Positions 50,393-58,500 of a stretch of DNA of 64,000 nucleotides are shown here, piece after piece. Each line of letters starts with the position of its first letter. The first letter of the stretch is position 1. Position numbers and translations under genes: made by a program. The notes under the pieces are model-generated. The model did no database searches, was not told the DNA's origin, and worked only from the letters and a program-made list of their open reading frames with translations. This stretch comes from Bdellovibrio sp. (GTDB taxonomy: Bacteria > Bdellovibrionota > Bdellovibrionia > Bdellovibrionales > Bdellovibrionaceae): assembly GCA_036677065.1 (NCBI GenBank), contig JAKFBS010000002.1, positions 96,001 through 160,000 of the forward strand, read 5' to 3'.

Positions 50393-50617
50393 ATGAAGAA
50401 AACAGTTTATGTTAAATTGTTAGATGAAGATTTAGAAGTTTGGAAGCCGATAGTTGTTGAAGCCGTAGAAGGTACTAATCTCTACTTGGTATTGGGCGAG
50501 CCTTGGAACAAACTTATTCCTGATGAAAAATGGGAATTTCCTCCGGGAGCTAAAGTAAATCTGCAGCTACATACTATTGAAGGAAAAAGCGAGCTTATAG
50601 CTACTTATTGCCAGTAG
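50393..50617 (+). CDS. Small hypothetical protein (YVKLLDE..VWKP..DEKWEFPPG family)
   Basis: 74-aa ORF with conserved-looking motif typical of accessory cassettes. Confidence 0.65.
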   Translation: MKKTVYVKLLDEDLEVWKPIVVEAVEGTNLYLVLGEPWNKLIPDEKWEFPPGAKVNLQLHTIEGKSELIATYCQ

Positions 50618-50623
50618 AAAGAA

Positions 50624-51427
50624 GTGGAAAATATGCAAAAGAGTGAACGATCTATCCTGTTAGAAATTAAAAAAGCAAGTAATTTACTAAAGGGTGAAGC
50701 TTCAGCGAAAGTTATACGCGGACAAATTAAATTACTTCGAAAATATAAACATATAGCTCAAGCTCGAGCTGAACTTGTTATTGAGCATTTTCAAAATCAT
50801 CATGATTTAAATCCAGAAATCGTATTTTCTTGGGCCTTAGAAGCGGCCAATCGTGGAGATGCTCGTAATATGGTTAATGCCGGATATTGTTATGCGAACG
50901 GTATTGGAGTTAAAAAAGATTACAAATCGGCAATCAAATGGCTTTTGAAAGCGTCGAAAGCGGAAATGCCTGAAGCTTTTTACAACTTGGCGAAACATTT
51001 TGAAGCTGGCGAAGGGGTGGTAAAAAATCGAAAGCAAGCTTTTCATTACTATAAGCTTGCTGCAAATAAAGGAAGTGAACCCGAGTTTAACTTAGCTTTG
51101 GGATGGTGTTATGAGAATGGTTTCGGCGTAAGACTAGATTTAAAAAATGCAGTAAAATACTATAGAAAAGCTGCGAAGGAAGGCGATGAAAGCGCGCTAA
51201 GTAATTTAGGACTCTCTTACCTTTATGGACGGGGGGTTAAATCTTCGACATCAAAAGCGATAGAATTTTTTTCTAAGGCTGCGCAGAAGGGCCATAGTCG
51301 ATCATGCGAAATGCTAGGGCTAATTTATATTGGTGAAGAGGGAGCGCTTAAAAAAATTGATTTAGCTAAAGGAAAAAAGTTCTTAAAGTTAGCAGCAAAG
51401 CTAAACGCTTTCGAAGCTCAGCTTTGA
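50624..51427 (+). CDS. Sel1-repeat protein
   Basis: Repeated A..NLG..Y..G.GV..D...A..WY.KAA units. Confidence 0.9.
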   Translation: MENMQKSERSILLEIKKASNLLKGEASAKVIRGQIKLLRKYKHIAQARAELVIEHFQNHHDLNPEIVFSWALEAANRGDARNMVNAGYCYANGIGVKKDYKSAIKWLLKASKAEMPEAFYNLAKHFEAGEGVVKNRKQAFHYYKLAANKGSEPEFNLALGWCYENGFGVRLDLKNAVKYYRKAAKEGDESALSNLGLSYLYGRGVKSSTSKAIEFFSKAAQKGHSRSCEMLGLIYIGEEGALKKIDLAKGKKFLKLAAKLNAFEAQL

Positions 51428-51506
51428 ACTGCCTGGGCTAAACTTGTCCAGATTATGTACGGCCTAGACAAATTTAAAGTCTACCAATTTGTGGCGTAAG
51501 TAGTAC

Positions 51507-51920
51507 TCATGGTTTATTGCTTTGAAAAGCGAATCGTGGAGCTAAAGTTAAATACAAATTATAAATAGTCGCCAGTAAAAATAAAACCGGAATAACAGGC
51601 GGTTTTATTTTCATCGGAAGAACCTCGGCGGGCACTCCGGGCAAAAGGTGAACATAAGTCGCTACGCACATGATTGCGATTAAGCCTAAAGACCCGATAC
51701 TTAAAAGATTAAATTTGAATCTTTCGTTTTTAATGAAAATACTAAACAACAGTATAAACCCAACTGTCATTTCGCCAAAAATGCCAAACAAGTAACTGGC
51801 CTCAGGAAGACCGCTTGTCTGAATCTGAATTGAATACCAAGTTTTAAAAGGTTCGAAGAATTTCAAAAATCCAAACATTAAAATCATAAAGCCTAAAAAT
51901 ACAGATAGTTTTTTATGCAT
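51507..51920 (-). CDS. DoxX-like membrane protein
   Basis: Four TMs, FGFLKF, GE..G, ATYVH. Confidence 0.7.
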   Translation of the reverse strand: MHKKLSVFLGFMILMFGFLKFFEPFKTWYSIQIQTSGLPEASYLFGIFGEMTVGFILLFSIFIKNERFKFNLLSIGSLGLIAIMCVATYVHLLPGVPAEVLPMKIKPPVIPVLFLLATIYNLYLTLAPRFAFQSNKP

Positions 51921-51941
51921 AGAAGTTTCTCCTAGTTTTAG

Positions 51942-52232
51942 TTATTGTTTTAATAGGTCGGTAAAACGGTCGTCCATCTTGGATGGGCTGATTTCTAGAA
52001 TTTCAGATTCAACGATCTTTTCGATGATAAAAGGATCTTGATTGATTCGATTTTGGATCAATTCAATTGAAGAGTTTTTAGCAATAATAGCTCCGCCTAA
52101 ATTAGGTTTTAGACTGCCAGCTAGAAGAAAAACACCTTCGTCAAATCCCTGGTTTAGCCATTTCATGTGGCCTTCCATAAATTTGCCAGCCAGGTCGCGA
52201 TTTTTAGAAAATTTTAATAATATGATAAACAT
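51942..52232 (-). CDS. YciI-family protein
   Basis: H..WL..G..G.FLLAG..GGAII...DPF. Confidence 0.82.
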   Translation of the reverse strand: MFIILLKFSKNRDLAGKFMEGHMKWLNQGFDEGVFLLAGSLKPNLGGAIIAKNSSIELIQNRINQDPFIIEKIVESEILEISPSKMDDRFTDLLKQ

Positions 52233-52255
52233 AAATTCTTTCTGTAAAAAAATAT

Positions 52256-52825
52256 TTAGGCAATTTTGGATTGCAGCCATTCTTCCATATGACGAACTTC
52301 ATTTTTAATAAACTTTTCGTCATGAAAGGTATTTGCCAAAGTCGCAATGCCTTGGCTGCGGGCTAAAAGATGCATTGCAAGTTCATCGGCTTCTTTTTTG
52401 CGGCCGGCAAGTGCGAACTGCCTGCTCAGCCAAGTTCTAAATAAAGTCATCAGTCTATTAGCGTGTTCTTTAGATGCGTGATCCATTTTTGCAAGCTCGG
52501 TGCAAAGAGTACCAACGGGGCATCCGTAGAGTTTTAATTTCGCCTGGTTCATAATGACCATGCGAATGAATTTTTCGATTCGATCGGTCGGGTTTTGGCC
52601 AGATGATTCCCATTGATCTAGCATTTCTTGAGTGCGTTTGAGACGTAGCTCGATGACGGCTTCAAGAATTTCATCTTTGGATTTGAAGTGATGGTAGAAG
52701 TTACCCCGAGAGATTTTCACCTCATCTGCAATGTCAGCAAAAGAAGTGTGTTCGAAGCCTCGATGGTAAAAAAGCTGATCCGCTGATTCAATAATTTGGT
52801 CGCGGGTTGATTTATCTAAAGCCAT
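52256..52825 (-). CDS. TetR/AcrR (NemR-like) transcriptional regulator
   Basis: LFYHRGFEHTSFADIA..ISRGNFYHHFKSKDE, GCPVG motif. Confidence 0.92.
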   Translation of the reverse strand: MALDKSTRDQIIESADQLFYHRGFEHTSFADIADEVKISRGNFYHHFKSKDEILEAVIELRLKRTQEMLDQWESSGQNPTDRIEKFIRMVIMNQAKLKLYGCPVGTLCTELAKMDHASKEHANRLMTLFRTWLSRQFALAGRKKEADELAMHLLARSQGIATLANTFHDEKFIKNEVRHMEEWLQSKIA

Positions 52826-52831
52826 AGATCG

Positions 52832-52860
52832 ATAATAGGACAACTGTCCTAAAAAGTCAA
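52832..52860 (-). promoter_or_regulatory. Sigma70 promoter with TetR operator palindrome
   Basis: TTGACT-17bp-TATTAT on the minus strand; TAGGACA-ac-TGTCCTA at 52836-52851 in the spacer. Confidence 0.75.
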
Positions 52861-52885
52861 GAAAATCATTTTTATGTGATTTTCA

Positions 52886-55291
52886 CTAGCCAGTCGACAT
52901 CATGCCGCTGGAAATACCAGTGACTGTTAGCCGCAATAAATCGATTTCTTTATTTTTCATTGCTATGTTTTGCAGAAGGTTCAGCGGGTGAATCATCGGC
53001 GCTCGCAGCTGTACGCTTTCTTGTAGCCATTGCTTGGTATCTAATAATTTATGCGATTTGGTGATGATTTTGCAGAAGCGCACAGTCCGGTCATATTCTT
53101 CGTCGATCTCTTTAGAAAATTTTTGTACAAGCTCTTTGGGTAAAGCACTTTCATTTAAATAGGTTTTAAATACAGCTATTTCAACTTTGGCCAAAGTGAA
53201 ATCCAAAGCTTTAATATATGAATTAAAGACGGGGTTTTGCGCAAAAGCTTCAACTAAAGCTCTTTTTTGTGTAGCCGTTGAATGCTCCCACGCATTGCCT
53301 GCGCCCCACCAAATCGGAAAAAGAAGTCGGGTTTGTGTCCAACATAAAATCCACGGAATAGCTCTTAAGCTTTTAACAGTAAGTTCTTTTGAACGGCGTG
53401 CTGGGCGTGACCCCAGTTTTAAATACCTCATCATCGCATAGGGGGTCGCAAGCTTTACAATTTCTAAGAATTCAGGATCAGTGATCTTATCGCGGTAAGA
53501 TTGCGTGATTTTGTCAGCGAAAAGTTTTAGTTCTATATTTTCTGCAGAATGGAATTTCTTTTTTAATACCTCAGTGGCAGATTGAGAGATGTTTTCAAGC
53601 TGGCGTTCGGCAATCATTGGTGTGGCTAACCAGCGTTCGATGATTTCGCCCTGAACGGTGACTTTAAAATTATTAACAGCAGTTTTTGGCCACCAAGCGG
53701 TTTGATTATCGAGTGTTCCGCCGCCGCGATCGACGCTTCCGCCTGAACCGTGAAAAAAAATCGGTATGACTTGGTGATCTCGGCACACTTTTTCAAGTCG
53801 CGGAAGAGCTTGGGCAATGGCAAGCCTGCTTGGAAAAACTCCGGCCTCTTTACTTGAATCAGAATAACCGACCATAAGTTCTACTTTTGAATTCCAGAGT
53901 TTTTTAATCGCGGTCATCAGGAGTTCGTCGTTAAAGACTTCAGTCAGGATATCGGCAGATTGAGCTAAAGATGCCGATTCTTCAAATAATGGAACGACGG
54001 GGAGTATGATTTGTCCTAAGAATTTTTTTTGTTTTAGGGCAGCTGCTTTTATGTGAGCTGCAGATTCGGTCATGCTGATGATAAACGATCTGGCATACCA
54101 GCGCGGGTCGCCACCTTTTGAAACCGCGGCGATAGTTTTTAACATGCGGTCAATCGCTAGACCTTTTTTGTTTTTCGATCGTGTCATGAGTACGTCTGAT
54201 GATTCACGCAGTTCCATAGGTATAACTAATCCTGGAAATAATTCAAGCAACTGACTTAGGGTGCGCAGTTCTGGGTGTGTGCCGCCAATTTCATTTTGAT
54301 AAGTGGTTATGAGATTCAGAATTGCTTGTTTGAATTTCTCAACTTTTTTCACATCGCCAGGTTTTATAAGGCGTAAACGCTTAGCCTGAGCCAGAATATG
54401 ATTAACTTTCTTTTCAAGCTCGTTATTTGACACAAGTTTTAAAGTCGTGCGAACAGCGGTAAGTTGACGGGCTATGACTTTTAAAATTTCATTTCGTGAA
54501 AGCGTTAAACTTTGCAGTAAAGTTTTTTCGTGAACGCCGGGGTGCCCGTCTTTATCACTGCCGATCCAGCTATGAATGCGCAGTTTTACTTTGCGTTCGT
54601 TAGCATTCATCAATGTCGTTAAGATACCTTCTCGAAAAAGTTGGCCATACAGAGTTTCTGCTTCATCTTTTACTTTCGGCGAACGTTTACGCATCACCGG
54701 AATTCGCCACGCGAGCTCTAGATAATGAAAAAGATTTTCTTTTTGCTGAGGCGTGATCTGAATTTTTCTTTCTAATTCGTTGGTAGCCAAAATATTTAGC
54801 TGTATTTTTTGAATTTCATGAAAGATCGCAATGTTTTGCGCCGACCTAGCTTCGGTCGGATGAGCCGTTAGCACATAGGTAATGCTTTCTGGATGAATTT
54901 CAGAATATTTGGTTTTCTTGTTCACCTTCAGACGGTGGCTGCGGTAAGCATTTTCAGCAGCGTTCATTAATTGAATCATTAAGGTAAATGCATGTGCGAT
55001 TTGATAGCGTTGTTCAGAAGTATTTTTTTCTAATTCATGTTTTAAATGGGTTAGCTTTATGAAAGCTTCGCTGTTTGAAGTTTCTCGCAAGTAGGTCATC
55101 TGTTCTCGTATATTTTCAATCTGTTGAAAAGCTTTAAGGCCTAGTTCTTGTTTAATGACTTGGCCTAAAAGGGCGACTGATTCGCGAATAAGATGACGCA
55201 ATTCGGGAGCAACTTTTAATTTTTTGTTTTTGAAGCGACTATGAATTTTCAGATGTGCTGATGGATTAAAATCTTGAATAGAATCTAGCAT
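52886..55291 (-). CDS. ppc: Phosphoenolpyruvate carboxylase (divergent)
   Basis: VLTAHPTE, VPLFE, MVGYSDSSK, FHGSGGSVDRGG, TVQGE, LRAIPW. Confidence 0.9.
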   Translation of the reverse strand: MLDSIQDFNPSAHLKIHSRFKNKKLKVAPELRHLIRESVALLGQVIKQELGLKAFQQIENIREQMTYLRETSNSEAFIKLTHLKHELEKNTSEQRYQIAHAFTLMIQLMNAAENAYRSHRLKVNKKTKYSEIHPESITYVLTAHPTEARSAQNIAIFHEIQKIQLNILATNELERKIQITPQQKENLFHYLELAWRIPVMRKRSPKVKDEAETLYGQLFREGILTTLMNANERKVKLRIHSWIGSDKDGHPGVHEKTLLQSLTLSRNEILKVIARQLTAVRTTLKLVSNNELEKKVNHILAQAKRLRLIKPGDVKKVEKFKQAILNLITTYQNEIGGTHPELRTLSQLLELFPGLVIPMELRESSDVLMTRSKNKKGLAIDRMLKTIAAVSKGGDPRWYARSFIISMTESAAHIKAAALKQKKFLGQIILPVVPLFEESASLAQSADILTEVFNDELLMTAIKKLWNSKVELMVGYSDSSKEAGVFPSRLAIAQALPRLEKVCRDHQVIPIFFHGSGGSVDRGGGTLDNQTAWWPKTAVNNFKVTVQGEIIERWLATPMIAERQLENISQSATEVLKKKFHSAENIELKLFADKITQSYRDKITDPEFLEIVKLATPYAMMRYLKLGSRPARRSKELTVKSLRAIPWILCWTQTRLLFPIWWGAGNAWEHSTATQKRALVEAFAQNPVFNSYIKALDFTLAKVEIAVFKTYLNESALPKELVQKFSKEIDEEYDRTVRFCKIITKSHKLLDTKQWLQESVQLRAPMIHPLNLLQNIAMKNKEIDLLRLTVTGISSGMMSTG

Positions 55292-55538
55292 GACATCCCC
55301 CTGTCTACTTAGTGAGTCTTAATAGCAATTTAATGACCGAGCTAAAAAAGATTGGGGCGCGATTGGACGAGGAATACTTTCCTAATAAATGAATTCGTGG
55401 GGCTAAAACGGCATGAAATACTATTTTTAACTAAAATTTGATAAAAAGTCTCAAATTGCTACGCTCTATTGCGGTTTTATTCTTTTTGAAGGACTTTCGT
55501 TTTCTTTAGTGAACATCGGAAGATGTCGATAAGTAATC

Positions 55539-58500
55539 GTGAAGAGACAGACGTTGAACGTACTTTCTAAATGGCTAACTTTGTTAGGATTATTCCTATT
55601 TGCCGTTTCGTCTTTTGCGATCAACGGTAAAACCACTTATCAAGCAAAAATTATTAAACCCGATGGTCATCCGCTTGAGTCTGCAAGTGTAAATTTTCGC
55701 TTCACTGTTTTAGATCAGTCTGGATCTTGCGCGATGTATATTGAAGACTACGCAGCCATTAATATGACTGACACCGGTGGACTAATTTCTTTTCCGTTAG
55801 GAACCGGCGCGCGTGCTTTTCCAACAAGCGGTACAGCACAGACATTTCAAAATACTTTTGATAACTCGATCACATCGTTTGCCTGTCAGACGATGGGAAT
55901 TTACAATTCTAATTCGACAGACACACGAAAAATTGTTATGCAGTTTAATGATGGTGGTGGTTGGCAAACGCTTCCAGCGATGAGTATTAATGCGGTTCCG
56001 TATGCGATGTTTGCCACTCGTTCTGATAATTCACGTTTACTAAATAATAAAACAGATACTGCATTTGTTGAATATTCAACGATTCCTACGTGTACAGCAT
56101 CGCAAGCGCTGCAATACACGGGGGCAAACTTTGTTTGTGTGGCCGCCGGTGGCAGTGGCGGGGTTACATCAGGTGATATCACGACAGCATTAGGTTATAC
56201 GCCGGCAGACGCTTCAACGCTTTCTGCTTCGTATACGACGCAAGCTGATTTTTCGGTGGTGTCTGGTGCGGTGAATGCGATGGTTACATCAGTACTTAAT
56301 TTATCAACTTCGGTTGGAGCAATTACTTCTTCGCAGTGGAGTAGCTCTGGCACAAATATTTTTTATGATACTGGTTACATCGGTATAGGCACCGCGAACC
56401 CTCAATATCCACTTCACGTTATTAAATCTGCAACCGGGTTTGATGCTGGTGTTGCAATGAGTTTTGACGGGTATGTTGGCAGCGGAAATCCTTATACTGG
56501 AATTATCGTGCGCGCGGCTCGCGGAACTGCGGCTTCACCGACGGCAATTTTAAATGGTGACGGTATTGGTATCTTTGGCATTCGCGCCTATGGAGTCACT
56601 AAATTTGCTGACACAACAACAGCAAATATTACGGCATTGGCTACAGAAAATTTTACCGATACTTCGATGGGAACAGCACTTCGCTTTATGACAACCCCGA
56701 ATAGTTCGACAGCTTCGGTTGAACGTATGCGCATCAATCATGACGGAAACATCGGCGTGGGAGTCTCTGCACCGGTGACCAAACTTGATGTTTCGGGTGG
56801 TGTTCGTATCAGTATGGAAACAGCAACATGTGCTGCAAGTTTTGCCGGAACTTTACGATATAACTCGGGCTTGGTCGAATATTGTAATGGCTCTTCTTGG
56901 TCAGCGTTCGGTGTGGCGGGTGCAGGAATTACTTTATTTAATGGTTCATCTTCTGGCACACAAACTTTTGTAACTGGAATTACCGGAACGAATTTTAATA
57001 TTACGACAAATAACGGAGTTCACTCTTTTAATATTCCGCTAGCGGCTACTGGTTCAGTGACTGCCGGTTTATTATCAAATGTTGATTACGTTTCATTCTC
57101 AAATAAAGTGAATGCAACAAGTGCGGCTATTATTTCTGCTTTAGGTTATACTCCTGCAAATAATGCAGCGTCAGGAACTTATGCCGTTAAATCTAATAAT
57201 TTATCTGATTTAACTTCTGCAACGGTAGCACGATCTAATTTAGGCTTAGGTTCAATCGCTCTATTAAATTCTGTAGATTTAAGCGGATCGCAAGCGACAG
57301 GAACTTTAGCCGCAGCACGACTACCGGCATTTAGCGGTGATGCAACAAGTTCAAGTGGTTCTGCGGTTTTAACTTTAGCTTCAGTTGGTTCAGGTGTAAC
57401 AAGTGGTTCGCAATACACGAAAGTCACTGTTGATGGCAAAGGCCGCGTAACAAGTGGAGCGCAGTTATCTGTAACAGATGTGACGACTGCTTTAGGTTAT
57501 ACTCCGGCAAGTACTTCGGCATCTACGCAGTGGATAACCAGTGGTACTACTATTAATTACTCAACGGGAAATGTCGGTATCGGCAATTCATCGCCACAAA
57601 GTGCATTGTCAATCGGAAGTAGTCTTGGATCAGGTTATGCTTTAACCGCAAATTCGACAAGTGCGTACGGTATGGTTGTACAAACATCAGAAGCTGTCGC
57701 CGGAAATAATGCAGCTTTTTGGGTAAGAACAAGTGCGGACAGTGGTGCCACGAATAGCACTCTTTTAAGAGTGCAAAATAATGGAAAAGTCGGTTTAGGT
57801 GTCAGTGCGCCAACAGCGAGCTTACATTTAACATCTGGATCAACAATCGCGACAACCGCGCCGTTAAAATTTACAAGTGGATCGTTAATGACAGCTCCTG
57901 AAGCCGGTGCCATTGAGTTTGATGGCACTTATTTGTATCTAACTGATGGTGCAAATTCTCGTAAAGCCATTCTTACTGACACTGGTGGTAACTATGCAGT
58001 AAGCCATCTGACATCATCAGGAAATATTACTTTTACTCCGAACTCTTCGGTTGTTGTTTCTTCAACGACAAATTCTACGTCTTCAAATACCGGAGCTTTT
58101 ATCGTTAAAGGTGGTATGGGAGTTGGTGCAGATCTTAACGTCGCAGGAATTATCAGCGGCTCATCAATTGTAAAAGCTAGCGGTTACCGTGCCAATCAAG
58201 GTGTGCCGAACAATTCTGATAACTCAACAAATGGTTATGCATTTGGACTAGATGGTGACACTGGTCTTTTTTCTCCAGGTGCTGGTGGCGCTAATGGGGT
58301 AGTGGCTATTTATAATAATAACGTAGAAACCATGCGAATTAATCCGGGTGCTGTGGGTATTGGTACTTCGTCACCTTCGGCTGTGTTGCAAATAGCGACG
58401 GCTACACAAAATATCGATCGTATTCGTTTAACTGGGCAAGAATTTTATCAGGCTGCAAACAGTGATGATGTTAACGGTGTTTCGCTTTTATTAGGCGCAA

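Noticed and set aside
51439..51476. Imperfect inverted repeat as islet boundary or att site
   Set aside because: 11/13 stem between convergent genes, no similarity to the tRNA end; more simply a weak terminator
55324..55340. Sigma54-like GG-N10-GC upstream of ppc on the minus strand
   Set aside because: The -24 element matches TGGCAC poorly; such spacing is common by chance
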